Source of the DNA: Glaucostegus cemiculus
Taxonomy: Eukaryota
Direction: 5' to 3'
Assembly (NCBI GenBank): GCA_976551045.1
Contig: CDPCPM010000370.1
Location: 1,364,001-1,428,000, forward strand
Length of the DNA stretch: 64,000 nt
Shown here one piece after another: positions 38,341 to 52,821 of this stretch (positions are counted from its first letter, which is position 1; each line of letters opens with the position of its first letter). The position numbers and the translations under genes were made by a program. The notes under the pieces were generated by a model. That model saw only the letters and a program-made list of their open reading frames with translations, did not search any database and was not told the DNA's origin.

Positions 38341-40439
38341 GGAGGAGAGAGTCTGTGTCTTTCCCTCTGAAGTTTAGGTTTATGAAAGACGTTTAAAGTA
38401 CTACTCTCAATGCAAACGGAAGGCGGTTGGAGTAGAGACGGCTTCGTATACCTTTTTCAGCGTAATAGATTTGGACATAAATTGGTAGTGCGTGGTTGAT
38501 ACCCAGTTGAGCTCTGATTGTTTCACTGCAAATTGTGCTCGGAGGAGCTAGAGTCTTGGAGTATTTAAATGTCCAACGCGATTATATGGTTTCTATATTA
38601 CCTGCAGACAAACGAACGAGTTCTGACATCGTTTGCAGGTAAAGGGATATCTGGTAAGTGTGAGGCTATTCAAAGAAAAATACCGAGAATTTAGGCAGAC
38701 AATGTTCCTGCTGGACTGAAGGACAAGTTTGTCTGGATTACAAAAGATGTTGATGATTTGGTTGAGAAAAAGGGAAGTAGATGAATGGAATAGGCAGCTG
38801 CATTCAAGAGAATCCACTGATGTTCATTGAGGCTGTAGGTGTACACCTATGAAGGGAGTTAGGAGGGAAGGTTGGAAATAATATCCCTTTGGATGATAAG
38901 TCAAAGCAGAATCCTAAGGAATTCTGCAGATATTTTAAGTGCAGAAGAGTAACCAGTGAGAGAAGTGGGACCCATAATAATTAAGGAGGTCATAGGTGTG
39001 TGGAGCCGCAGGAAATGGGCGATATCCTTGACAAATTTAGGAAAACATTCATGAACACTTAGCCGGGAGTGGAGGAATTGAGTTCTAAAGAGAGGGTGCA
39101 GGCTAGGAATAACCCATATATGAAACACTTGGACATAATCCCCAGGTTTATGCGAATTGCATTAGCTGAAGTAACACTATTTTGCTTCAAATTGCCCCAA
39201 GGGTTTTCGTGTGAGTGGACTAAGTTAAAAAGAAGATATGACGCCGGTTTGCAATCGGCAATTATGTCTCTAAATAAATAAATATAATTGAAACTTAGCA
39301 GAAGTGTTCAGCGGGCAGACGCGGAAGGCAGGTCATAGACGTGAACTTTCTTAATGCACCGATGTTGCCCGGAGCTGCAGACATTTCCAGACCGTTTTAC
39401 ATTGTTTCCAATTTCCAACCTCCGGGCGGTTTATGAGGAGCTTGGTTAGCCAGTTGAGAAGAAGTGCGGTAAAATGGTTAAAATTTAACGAGGGACACGA
39501 AGAAGGAAAGAGGGACAGAGGAAGAGTAGCTCTGAGAGATGCCACTGAATGAGCGCAAGTCGCAAACTGGTGGAGGAACTTTGCTGTTCAAACAGAATAT
39601 GGAGAGGCAGAGGGATGAGAATCTTCATAGTTGAAAGTCGGTGGGACTTTGGTGTCTGATGGATCCAGTGTATCAGATGATCATGCAGGAAGGTGGCGTT
39701 GATGGAAAGGAACAGTCAAAATGTAACTAAATGGCACATCAACTTCCAAGAAACAACTCCTGCTCAAAAGTTATGTTATTTTAATTTCTTGATTTCAAGG
39801 CAGGCGTTAGTCGATACTGGACGGGTGAGCTATGATTGGGGTCCAAATGATAACACCTTGCTTTTCTAATACATCTCGATGAGGAATAAAAAATAGAGGA
39901 ATTATTAATAACGCTTTTGGACGGATTTCACAGACTGCAGACTCAATTCGTTACGGGGGGAAAACAGGGGAAATTAATATTAGGATTGAGACCATTTGGA
40001 AAATCGCTTTCTTCGTGTTCCGCTTGAGACAAAAAGTACAAGACCACCAGGAAAAAAAAGGATCCTTGTCACAACTGATGAATGGCAATTTCAGAGAGGC
40101 GGAAAAGCCGGCTCCGTTTGGTGCAATAACATCGGTTTCAGGCTCGTTGAATGTTGAGTTATCACTGATTTATATTTACACGAATTATGTGTTATATTAT
40201 CGTATTCATTTATTAAATAACTATATAACGCCGATTATGCCAAATCTGACTATCTTTCTGTTCATTCAGACAGAATTTCTGTTCAAAGTACATATTTCCT
40301 TCCCTCCTTCATATGTTCTCTTGGGCAACCATCAAGGAAAAGCGGCAGTACCATAATACAATTCACTCCAAAGGTCCTGTCCTGACTTGTCTTCATAAAA
40401 TGCACCACACTGCGCATCCGGAATGTGAGTTATCTTCCT

Positions 40440-42330
40440 CTACAACATAAAACCATAAGAAATAGCAACAGGGCCACGCCATGTGGCCCATTGTACTTGC
40501 TCCGCCATTCAATAAGATGATGGCCGATCTCGACCTGGACTCAGATCTATAATTTGCCTTTTCCCCATCACCCTCAATTCCCCCGTTGTGCAAAAATCTC
40601 TCTAACTGTGTCTTAAATATATTTAACAAGGTGGCCTTTACTACTTCCTTTGGCATAAAATTCCACAGATCTACTACCCTCTGGTAAAACAAAAATCAGT
40701 TTCTGTTCAACTCCGTCCGAGATCTATGCCCCCGAATCTTATGGCTATATCCCCAAGTTCTGGTCTCAAATACCAATGGAAACCACCTTCCAGCCTCTGT
40801 CTTATCTTTACCTTTATTTTTTTAAAATATTTTCCAGAAGATGCCCCCTGATTCTTCTGAACTCCGGCACGTACAGTCTCATGCGATTCATACTCTCTTC
40901 ACAGGCAAACCCCCTATTCTCCGAAATCAACCTGATGAACCTCGTCCACACCACCACCATAATCCGTATATCTATCATCAAGTGAGGATGCCAGAACTGC
41001 CAGAGGTACCTCAGTTGCGGACTCATCAGTGCCCTGTACATTTGCAGACTAACCTCCGTGCTCTGAACTTCAATCCCTCCAGCAATGGTCAAAATTTTAT
41101 TTACCTTTTTGAAAACCTTTGCACCTGCAAACCAACTTTTTGCGATTCATGCACAGGCAGTACCAAGTACCTCCACACAACATGCCGTAATCCTTTGCCA
41201 TTGAAATAATAATCTATTCTTCTATTTTCCTTTCCAAAGTGGATGACTTCGCAAGTACCAAAATTGTACTCCACTTGCCAGGGACTTCCCCACTCACTTC
41301 ATCTATCTCCACTCTCTGCAGATTCTCCGCATCCTCTGAACAATTTGCTTTCCAACTCAATTTAGTACTGTCAGCAAACTTAGATGCGCTGCACTCGGTC
41401 CCCTCTTCCAAATCGTTCATCTTCATCGTGAAAAGTGGCTGGCCCAACAGAGACCCCTGCGGCACCCCGCTCACCACTAATTGCCAACCATTTCTCGGCC
41501 GTATTACATCGCTGATCAAGATCCCCTTGCAATTTTAGATCGGCTTCATCCAAATTGACAACATAAATTAGGAACAACATTGGGTCCAACACCTTTCCAT
41601 ATCGCTCAGAACTAGTCACGAAGATACAGTCCGAAAAGCAACCTTCCACCATCACACTCTGCTCCCTACCTCCCTACGATCAAGCGAAATATGTACCACT
41701 TTCATGCTCTCCATGAATACGTGAATCCTAACCTTACAGATCTGACTTCCGTACGGGACATTGTAAAATCCATATGGGCAACACCCATTGCCCCGCCCTT
41801 TTCAATCATCCTGGTTGCCTCTTCTCTCACTCGCACGTTATTCAATGCTCACTTATGTGGTGACTCGCCCTAATCAATCCCACAGAATCCCCTCCAGTAA
41901 CGTAAGCACCACTCATATCAGACTCAACGGCCTGCAGTTTCCCTGGTTTCACTTTGCTACCCTTCTTAAATAACAATGCACCATTAGTTTCTGTCTTCCG
42001 TTACTTCTTCCGTGACTACAAACGATGCAAGTGTCGGTGCAAGGGCTTCCGCAAGGGCTTCCCTTACTAGCTACAAGGTCCGAGTATGCACATGTTCAGG
42101 ACCTGGGGATTTATTCACCCTAATGTCCTTAAGACTGTCAATACCTCGTCTTTTGTTATGAGCATGTGGTCCAGGACATCACAAGTCATTTATCTGATAC
42201 CCTCACTTCCCGTATGTTCCACAAAGTAAAAACTAAGGAGAAATAAATCATTAAAATCTCACCCATATCCTGTTGCTCCACGATAAGCCGGCAATTGTGG
42301 TCATTATGGGAGCCTCTTCTCTCCCTGGCC
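40440..42330 (-). mobile_element. CR1-clade LINE fragments (nested)
   Basis: VVSGVPQGSLLGQPLFT..KFADSTKL; LQMYRALMSPQLRYLWQFWHPH; FYQRVVDLWN. Confidence 0.85.
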
Positions 42331-42972
42331 TCCATTATATTTCTGTTATACCTGTGGTTAAGTTTTATTCATTTCACGCCCAATAGAAAACAGAGCGAGA
42401 TTTAATTTTAAAGTAACCATCAACTCTCGACCAAAGTCCAGGAGGTACTACTTCATCGGGACGTGGTTGTGTTAACTGGTGAGTTCAACGATTGAAAGCA
42501 CTGAACTGTCTTTTCAATCTTATCAGAGATTATATTCAATTAATTTGCCATGCTGATTTCAATTTCCATTTCTACAGACTGGCCTTGGACCTGAAATATT
42601 ACCTGTTTTATTTATTTTGAATTTGCACAGCTACTGGCAGACATACGGAGCTTTTTCAGAATTTTCTGGTTTTATTTGCAACTTCAGACGTTTCTGGTTT
42701 TCACTTTGTTTTTATCTTCGTTTTGCCATTTTATTGGTGTTATTGGCTTTTATAGGAGCGGTGAATCTTATGAGGTCTCTACGAGTTTGACGATTATTTT
42801 CTTTTCCGGCTGCAGCAAGAAACTGTGTGACAATTGTATCGGCAAATCCGTTGGTTTCCTCTGAATGCGTGCCTGAATGCGTATTAGCATGGTTCACATT
42901 GTGCCGGCACCTTGCTCTGCCATCACCCACGAAACCCACATCACGCAAGAGTTCCGGGCCACGGGCGAAAGC

Positions 42973-43010
42973 AGTTTTTGCATTGGGAAGAGACTGATTC
43001 ATTCACTGTG
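42973..43010 (-). promoter_or_regulatory. RSS with 22-nt spacer
   Basis: Minus strand CACAGTG + 22 nt + GCAAAAACT. Confidence 0.88.
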
Positions 43011-43898
43011 AGGCTCAGGGCACAGTAGTACACCGCAGAATCTCTTAGTTGGAGATCCCAGATCGTGAGACAGGCAAGCGAATTCACTGTGTCGAATTCC
43101 GTGACGTATTCTCTTCCCAGGTACACTCCGCTCCTTTCCCGTGTGTCCCAAGACCGTCTCCACACAATTAATTGTAGAGCCTCCCCGGATATTTGTCTGT
43201 ACCAATGCCAAAAATACTCGGATGCTGCGGTATTAACGGTGCAGGCTATAGTCGCCAATTCATCTGCTTCACTTGTCTCTGAAGACTTCGTCTGAATGAC
43301 GGAATCTCCAGCACACTGACCTGTGATATTATACCAGGGTCAAGAGAAAATAAACAGACCATTAGACATTTCCAACGTTTTAATCTGATCACTCCAAAAC
43401 CAGAAACATCCATCATGTAACGTGTCTGAACAATCATCCGCTTGCAATTATAACAAATACAGTTTTCTTTTCCTTGTGATGTCGCTTGAACTTCCGTTGG
43501 GATCAAACGTTGATGTGGGGGAAGGCGAGGTAGCGAGTTCTTTAGTAACCCCGCTGACAATGACGGGGATCCATCCCAACTTACAGAGCCTGTTTTTTTT
43601 TAGACGAGAAGATCAAGTTTAACGATGAGGCCGATGTTAACTGCTCTGCACTGAACAGCCCACGGGTCTGGATTGTCCTCATCGAGGACAAACACTTCAA
43701 AGCAACCTGCGCTTCGGTCCTCCATCGCAGGATCTGTTTGAACGCACTGATCCCGAACGACTCCGGAGATTTCAGAAAAATTGGGAATGTGAGAACAAAA
43801 CATGTAACATTTGAACGAATGTATTTTTTCCCAATGATATCTGATAGATACTCACAGGTAAAGCATGCGCAAAGGATAAAAATGAGGTGCCTGTCCAT
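43011..43898 (-). CDS. Intact TCR V alpha/delta segment (probable leader 43898-43856, V exon 43320-43011)
   Basis: MDRHLIFILCACFT|gtgagt; CQCAGDSVIQTKSSETSEADELATIACTVNTAASEYFWHWYRQISGEALQLIV..LQLRDSAVYYCALSL. Confidence 0.88.
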
Positions 43899-45169
43899 CT
43901 TTCTTCCTTGGAGCAGATGGTTTCTGTGACGGGAACCTGGAGTCTGAAGACACGGACGGCTATGACAGAACGTTCATCAGAGTTGAGCTGATGCAACTGC
44001 AACTCAGTAGGTGGGATTTAGGTTTACGGGACAGTGTCCAGGTTGTCATTCACCAGCAGCCATAATCTTTGAACTTTTGCAGCGCGTTATCGCAAAACAC
44101 AACCTGTTTGAGGGAACTGCAGTTTTCTGCCTCGTTATTGGCTCTCCGAGCTCATTGTTCAGGCCCCGCCCATAGATATCCTAGGTGACGAGGTTCCATG
44201 AATGACGGTAGCAGGAGGTGCCTGCGAGTTATTCATTCGCCGAGATTATCGCTGCACGCAGTTTCACAAGGTTGAGGCGAGAGATGGTCGGTGTTTTTTT
44301 TAATTTTGCAGCGGGTCCTCAGGGTGCGATTGGGCTCAATCAGAAAACGGTGCTCTTATTCAAATCATACTGGGTATAAATTCTTATTCTAGTTCACGGG
44401 CTGGAGTGACCTGCGTCAAAGATTTCTTCGGAATGACGACTCCCTGGACTGTCCTGTCCTGCAGCATGGGACCTGAGCACCTGTTAGAACGAGAGAGTAT
44501 CCAGGGAGAGTAATCAAAAAAAAAAGAAGACAGAAAAAGCATGCGGGATCATAGCTAGGTTTCTATTGGGTTTTACTTCGGTTGAGCAGCACCAGTCAGG
44601 TGTGTTACCACGAAGGTGTGGGAGGCCTATACAGCTGTGCTCGAAACCATTCTGTTGAAAACATACTAATCTCATCATGAAGAATTACCAAGCGACAATG
44701 TGTTTTTCGTGAATGTTGATAGAATTAAATGAACCACTTGCAATAGAAACACATGCATAAAATGCCTGATGATTATGTATTCTTCCAGATTTCATTTGTA
44801 ATCGTTCACTCGACTAAGCCAATCCAACAGCAAGAGGCCCAAAACATCGCCGGCATTTTCCATGAAATTTGATTTGAGACTCCTATTCAAATGAACCTTA
44901 CTTCAGGAGAATGCTGGGAAACACTACTGACAGTGGATACATTGTAATGGGAAGCCTAGCTCTGAAGATCAGAGGACAGATCCTGAGTTATAAATCAAGT
45001 TCAGTGTGAATTCCATGATTTTAAAGATTTTCATTATTTCAGAACATAAATGTCTGATAAATGTTTTTGTATTTGTTTCATCTGTTACAGCTGAAATAAA
45101 TACGAAGGTTTGTTTTAAAAACCTGTCACCTTCCATCAGAGATATACAAAATAATACTTATAAGTCCAA

Positions 45170-48100
45170 ATGGACAACATCCACTGCCTTATCCTCATCA
45201 ATGACCTTCGTGATCTCCTCAAATTCTCAATCGCATTTGAGACACAGGACATCCCCAAAACAAAGCCATGCTGACTGCCCATAATAAATTCATGCTTTTC
45301 AAATGCAAGTACATCCTCTCCCTCAGTATTTTCCTTCTCACTGATGTATGGCTCAGCGCCATATAAATTCCCAGATTATCTCTATTGCCTATCATTAACA
45401 AAGGGATAACATTGCCAATTCTCCTGCCCCTTGGACCTCGCCTGTGGTAAAGATGATACTAAAGATCTCTTCAATCTCAATGCCTGTCTCCCTCGGTGTC
45501 CTGGGATAGATTCTATCAGGCCCTGTGAGCGATCTACATTCATATTTCAAGACACCCAACACGTCCTCGTCCATAATACAAATATGCACAAGAATATCTT
45601 CATACCCCTGCAAAATCCCTTTATCAGCCATGTTTGTCTTCTCAGTGAATACCGATGGGAAGTACTCATTTAAAACCTCTCCCGATACTTCCATGTTCCA
45701 TGCACAAATTCTCTCTTCTTTTGCTGAGCGGACCCACAATTTCTCTCTCTACCTTCTTGCTTTTAATATTCGTATAACAAATAAAATGTCTGGTGAGACT
45801 TGTGAATACGTCTCGGCAAGTTTACCTCATCGGCCCTTTACGGCCCCTTATTCCTTGTTTTATATCTTCTGCAACTTTCTTTTTATTCCACCAGGGCCTT
45901 GTCTGATTTCAGCTTCTTAAAACTTATCAATATTTTCTTTTGTATTTTGTCTAACCAGATCGTATGTCCTCGCACCCAAAGTCCCAGAGCCTTGTCATCC
46001 TTCTCTTTCGGCCGCATTGGGACATGGTGGCCCTGAACGCAAATAAGGCTGCGTTAACAAAGAATCCCACATATTAAACGTGGATTTACCCTCGACTGAA
46101 GAGCATCTCACGATCGAATTTCCCCAGTTTCTGCTTAACACTTCTTTAATAAGCCTGCCTCCAATTCAGCATTTTATCCCAGGAGAACTCTTCACCTTCT
46201 CTCCAACATCTTAAAATTTAAGAAATTAAATTTGCTATTCCTAACATGCTGACAATCTGAAACTTCCATCAACTGGCCAGGCTCATTATCCAGTACAATA
46301 TTTAGCACAGCTTCCTCTCCATTTGGACTGTCTACGTGTTGTTCAAGAAACCCTCCTAGTAGGATCTAACGAATGAATTCTGTCGCTTCTAAGCCCCTGC
46401 ATGTAATGAGTCCCAAAGGACATTGGGCAAATTAAAACTACCCTTCAAAGAACCAGTTACTTTTACATCTATCCATGATCTACCTTCACATCTGCTCCTC
46501 CATTTCCTCCGAGCTGTTGGGAGGTCTGTGATATAATCGCATCCATATGATTACACCTTACTGATCCCAATACACATTCACTCACTGGATGAAGATTCTA
46601 AGATGTCCTCTCGAAGTGAAGTCGTGACATTCTCCATAATTAATGATGCATCCCCACCTGGTTTTCATCCCTCTTTGTCCCGTACGAAACCTCAACGCCC
46701 TCGAACGTTGAGCATCCTTCGCTCACCCAAGTTTATACAAATGGTTTCAACGCCGCGGTTCCATGAACTAATTGAAGACCTGAGCTCATCTGCTTTACCA
46801 GTTATACTCCTTGCATTATATAAATAGTCGTTAGACCGTCAGAACCGCCGTCTTAATGAATCTAACCTGTCTGTTCTTCCTTTCCGATTTACTTGTCTTA
46901 ACCTGTACCTTCTTGTTAATCTCTCCTCCTCCTGATCTACTGCTCCAGTTCCCATCCCCTTCCACACTGGATTAAAATTTCTGAGTAAATATAGGAAACC
47001 TCACTGCAAGGGTATTGGTGCACTCCCAATCCCCCCCCCCCCCAAGTTTAGGAGCAAACTATCCTCTTCGTGCAGATTGCATCTGCCCAGTTATGCAGGT
47101 CTCCGAAGCCTTTCCTCCTGTTCCAGCTCTCTCCCCTCGTATTAATCTGTTCTATTTTTCTATTTCTCGCATCGTAGATATAAAAAAAAAACGGCAGAGG
47201 TCATAATCTCGAGACTGTATGCCGAGAGGCCCAGCTTTGTAACTTTCCACCAAATTCCCCTCTCAGGTCCTCGACTCTCTTCCTGCTGGCATGTACTACC
47301 AAAAGAGACTACGATCTCTGTCTGTTCACCTGCCCCTTTCAGCGTGTCGCGCCTGCTCAGAGACATCTAAGACTTTGACGCCATCAGTAAAATCACCCTC
47401 CTGAAGTAACTCCAGAGGCATCAAAAAGTCCACTTCTGCCTTCCCCTTTGAGTCCCCTGTCACTACTCTTCGCTGACACTTCGACCCTGTCTGCTGCACA
47501 ACAGAGCCATTCGTCGCAACTGTGATTTCTATTATTTTCATAATACCTTCAACACCAGCGAAGATCTGCTCATTATCAAACGCATTCCCGAATAGATAAG
47601 GTACCCATCAACTCAAATTTCTCTGGAGCACAAACCTAGCAATTCCAATTGTTGACCATACGGATCTTATTCCCCGTATTATTCTAGTAAACCTTCTCTG
47701 AACTGCTGACAATCAAACAACATTCTCAAAGAATTGCAATAAGTCGGTCAACATGATTTATCATTGAGAAAAGCACCCCCAATTACCCTTATTAAGTTAC
47801 ATAGAACATGGAACAGCACAGCAGAGGAACAGGCCGTTCGGCCCACGCTATCTATGCCGAACACAATGCCACACAAAAATCTCTTCTGTCTGCATGTGAT
47901 CGATATGCCTGTACACCTTGCATATCCATGCGCCCATCTAAAAGCCTCTTAACCGTCACTAATGCACATGTTTTCACAACTGCCGCCGGTAGCCCCTGCT
48001 CTGCACCTCTCTCTACAAAACACTTGCCTCACATATCACCTTTAAAGTCCCCGACCTCGTCTTAAATGCATGTGCTCGAGTAGTTGATATTTTACACAGA

Positions 48101-48500
48101 GATAAAGATCCTGACTTTCTACCCTTTCTTTATTCTCAGAATTTTATAGATTTCTATCAAGCCTTCCCTCAGACTCCCACGCTCCAGTGAAAACAACCCA
48201 AGTTTGTCCAACTTCGCCTGATAGCTCACACACTATCATATGAGTACACCTCATCTGTACCTTCAGAAAACCTCTAGTTCCTTCCTGTAATGGGGGGCCA
48301 GTGTTACATACACTACGATAAGTGCGGCCAAAGCAAGTCTTCCATAGCTACGGTATGATTTTCTGAATCTTGTATGATATGTCCCGACCAAGAAAGGTTT
48401 ACCACCCTATCCACATGCGTGGCAACTTTCAGGCAGCTATGGGCTTGGAAAACAAGTTCGTTCTTTAAATAAAGTAGTTTAGGGTCCTGCCATTTCTGTC
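45170..48500 (-). mobile_element. Decayed CR1-clade LINE segments
   Basis: EVLNEYFPSVFTEK..GPDRIYPR..; CR1-like 3' region at 47790-48500. Confidence 0.7.
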
Positions 48501-48689
48501 GCATGTTTCTGTCGCATGTGGTGTTTAAGCAATCACACACATTGGGGACACCGCTTGTTTGCACAAACAGCACCCCAAAATCGTATGGGAAAGCGAAACC
48601 CAAACAACGGTACAAATATTTTTATTTTGATATGGTCCATTCAACAGTATATTACATGTAGTAGGTAAAACATAGATCACATCATTTCA

Positions 48690-49215
48690 GAGACTCATCT
48701 GTCTCTCTCTGTTCATCGATTTCTCTCACTCTTTATCTCTGTCTATCCTTCNNNNNNNNNNNNNNNNNNNNNNNNNNNNNNNNNNNNNNNNNNNNNNNNN
48801 NNNNNNNNNNNNNNNNNNNNNNNNNNNNNNNNNNNNNNNNNNNNNNNNNNNNNNNNNNNNNNNNNNNNNNNNNNNNNNNNNNNNNNNNNNNNNNNNNNNN
48901 NNNNNNNNNNNNNNNNNNNNNNNNNNNNNNNNNNNNNNNNNNNNNNNNNNNNNNNNNNNNNNNNNNNNNNNNNNNNNNNNNNNNNNNNNNAGCTATCTGG
49001 CTGTCGATCTAGCTAGNNNNNNNNNNNNNNNNNNNNNNNNNNNNNNNNNNNNNNNNNNNNNNNNNNNNNNNNNNNNNNNNNNNNNNNNNNNNNNNNNNNN
49101 NNNNNNNNNNNNNNNNNNNNNNNNNNNNNNNNNNNNNNNNNNNNNNNNNNNNNNNNNNNNNNNNNNNNNNNNNNNNNNNNNNNNNNNNNNNNNNNNNNNN
49201 NNNNNNNNNNNNNTC
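48690..49215. repeat. (CTAT/CTGT)n microsatellite with N gaps
   Basis: tctc/ctat-rich flanks around two N runs. Confidence 0.65.
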
Positions 49216-52200
49216 GATGTCAATATCCATAAATATATCAATATCATATCGACTTATCAAGTCACCTGTATTCCTTCGGGTTTAACAAAGGAATACGGAC
49301 ATTTGTGCAGTGGTCATTTGGTCAGAGATTCAACTGAGAGAGAAGCTGTAAAGAATGGAAAGTCATCCACGCCTCTTGTCAATTATATTGAATTTTCAGT
49401 GGCTCCCCTTCTTCCATAATTGCCTTAGTCCAGTTTGTGCAATAAAACTCATCTGTGGAATACGCGATTTCGTCGTGATTATCAAAGACGTTTGGGTTTT
49501 TGTTGGGGTGAGGGTGGTTTACCTTAAACCGTAACTTGAACTAGCTCAATAAGGCCGAGTGAAATAAATAAATGAGAAGGACACCTTTAACAGTGACCAA
49601 TTTTAGTTCACCCGTGAGAAACACGCAAATCAGCACAGATACTGGAAATCTGAAATGAAACGAAAACGCTGAGAATGGGAACCAGCAGCTGATGGCAAAT
49701 CAAAGTTATCTTTGATTATCACATAATGGAACTGTGATTTCACCATGGTTAGTCAGTTAACATCTAATATATGCAATGGCTGGGTCCAGTGCAATAATGG
49801 CTCGGTCCCTTGCAATCTTGGATGGGTCCAGCGTCACATCGTCTTAGCCTGGGGTCACATAAATTACTCGAAATTAACCAGACACTGCAGCAGTTAACAT
49901 CAGAATGTGCTCAAAAAAAGGAAACACCTTCAGATGGAGAGAAGCAGGGTGAGAGGTTATTTGATAGATGTGCACAAACGAATAAGCGGCAGAGATCAGG
50001 AAGACAGAAAGAAACTTATTTTTATTCCAAGAGGAAAATGGCTCAAACGAGGTGGGAAAACTTTAAGGTGAATAGAGAATGGTGTGGAGGAGATGACGGA
50101 GGTAAGTTATTATACAAAGAGTGTTGGGTACCTGGAACAAACTGCCTGCAGAGGTGGTGGAGGCAGATATATTGGAGACATTTAAGAGACTCTTAGAGAG
50201 CCGTAGGAATGATAGATGGAAATAGGGTCCATTAAAGATCAATGACTTCGACTATCTGTTGAGTCACATGAGATGGGTGAATAAAAACCGAATATTCTTC
50301 ATCTGCTTTTAAATGTAAAATGACACCAATGCCATAGAACGCGGGGAAGTTAATGGTAATATCTTCAGGAGTGTTCACATTACAGAAGAGTAGGTACCTT
50401 GTCAAAGGCCTTGCTGAGGTCCATGCAGACAACGAGCCATATTACAGAGATGAGGTGCTGCAGGTCCTAAAACGTCTAAAGTTAAATTCTTCCCCGGGGA
50501 CTGATCAACTGTATCATTGGACATAGCTGGGAGGTGGGAATGAAATTGCAGTGCCTCAATCGAATATATTTACGACATCGATAGTCACGGGTTATGTGCC
50601 GCAAGACTGGAGGGTGGCTAACTTGGTGCCTTCATTTAAGAGGTGGTTGCAAGAAAAGACCTGCGAGCTCCAGACTGGTGAGATTCACGTCAGTGTTATT
50701 GGAGGGGTGAAACTAACGTCATGTAATTTGACGGGATTTTGAGGGCCAGGATCTACACGCATTTGGAAAGGGAATGACTGATTAGGTATAGTTATAGAAC
50801 TTAAACATAAATCGTTAGATAACTAATCGATCAAGTTGCCAATCAGTTTCTGAATCCTCTTTTTGCCTTGCACTAAATCGTTTTTCTCACCTGCTCCTTT
50901 CCAATTTTTTCTGGTTTTTTTTCAGCTGTTTTTCTTTTGTCCATTGGATCGAGAGAAACGGTGGTTTCAGTTTTCATCAAACTAAGCAGCTGGCATTCGT
51001 CAATAAAACTACATATTTGCTCATGTGTGGGGCCTTCCTCGGGGTTGCAGCGCTATCTGCGTCTCAGCTGGGGGTATCTCTCTGCTGCAGTGCGTTGTTG
51101 GGGTAGAGCCCTCAGAACAAGGCCAATATCTCTATATCTCAAATGAATCTTCTTTCCAGTCAAGTCCTTTCCCCAGGGCCACTTAAGAGGAGAGACTACT
51201 TGAATGGATTGCATTCCTTGGGATGCAATATCATCGCACTTTGTCGCCGAACACGGGATTTATTCGCAGTTCTCTTCCCACCCCCTCCCCTATTGTCTCG
51301 GGGCCTTCGGAATCAGTTCTCAGGACGTTGGTGTTTTGAGTCCAGGCCCATAATGTGAGCGCTCATTTTTTTCTGGAATCTTTTCTCGCGTTGATATATC
51401 TTCTCTAAAAAGAACACCTTTTTTATCAATCCATGAGGTCTTTTATTATTTGCTGGAACCGGCCGTTCTTAGTAACAGACCAGTTGACTTTGATGAACCG
51501 TAATTATAGTGGAGATTCTGAGCTGCTTCCTGGTAATAATTTCATCCCGGGCACCCAAAAAATGGTTCAAGAAAAAGTGACTTCAGACACTTTTCCTTGA
51601 GCCGTATTATTAAGTGTCCCGGGGAAGGAACGATGTCTGCTGCATTCCTAAAATTTGGAATCAAGCGCAACCAGACAAGAAGGAAAGGATAACTTGGGAA
51701 AATTATCCCAGTGTGAGGGTGAACCAAGACGGAGGCGACATGGAGAAAGGAACAGACAAAAAATTGATCTCTGTGCAAATTAATTTTTATTGATACTTTC
51801 ACACAAAACATTCTATACAGAAGGTTTGGAATATTTTAGGTAAAGCGCACAGTTCTACTGTATTTCACACTAAAAACGGAGTTTGAGCGGCGAATTCTCG
51901 GTCAAATTTCAGATGAAACGTCGTAAGGAAACGAAGCAAGGGTAGGGGGCGTTCTCGGGTCTGCATAAGCACCAGGAACTATTTCGACTCATACAAGCTG
52001 GATTCTCTGTGATCTATTCATATCACAGGCAGGGCAATCAGTGGAATGCAAGCAAGTATGAGAGGAGAATAGAAAGGCGTGCAACAAGCTTCAGAAAAGG
52101 AACTCAGCTACGTGCAGGCTCAGTCTTTTTCAATCAGAGATGTGTCATCAGTTCCACAGAGAACATTGGCATGGTTCCATTATCTATATTTTTGTGAAAG

Positions 52201-52559
52201 ATGAAAATAACAAATTGAGGTCTCACTGCGAACAGACTGTGCTGTCAGTTCTCTGTAGGTTAATTGGATACCAGAGAAACGGAAGGCCGGTGTCATCGTG
52301 GAAAATCAGGAACACATGTTAATAAGCAATGAAAGCGTCCACTTATTTACACATGGCATATAGTTTTGAATTATCACACAATTACTTGAATTAAAGGGGT
52401 GGTCAAAGACAGCTCATGCTTGAATAAGCAATTCGTGCAGAGACTGAAATTCAATTCATGTTATTGAAATTTTCTGATTGGCAGATTTTCATTCACTTCA
52501 GCCCAGATGTCAATTGACCGGGAAGATAAATAAATCCACGGCTTTGTACTTCCAAACCA

Positions 52560-52568
52560 TCACTTTAC
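52560..52568 (-). CDS. IGHM: IgM TM2 exon (VK-stop)
   Basis: ccttcttttatAG|GTA AAG TGA, which completes a KVK cytoplasmic tail. Confidence 0.85.
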   Translation of the reverse strand, partial: VK

Positions 52569-52693
52569 CTATAAAAGAAGGACAGTGAAAATAGCACATC
52601 AATCGTCTGAGACGTCAATGCCAGGATAAAATGTTCGATATTTGTACATCATCTTCAGATACACTGAAGGCTGAGTAGAGCAAATAATCTCAC

Positions 52694-52821
52694 CTTCACT
52701 AAAGTCAGTACGGCGCCGTAGGAAATGCTCAGAAAGAACAAGATGATGAATGTGGAAGCGGTTGTCCAGATGTTGTCTCGATCCTCCTCATCACCTTCAA
52801 CTCGGATGCTGACTGAGTGAT
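52694..52821 (-). CDS. IGHM: IgM TM1 exon
   Basis: DHSVSIRVEGDEEDRDNIWTTASTFIILFFLSISYGAVLTLVK|gtgaga; CART-type transmembrane motif. Confidence 0.95.
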
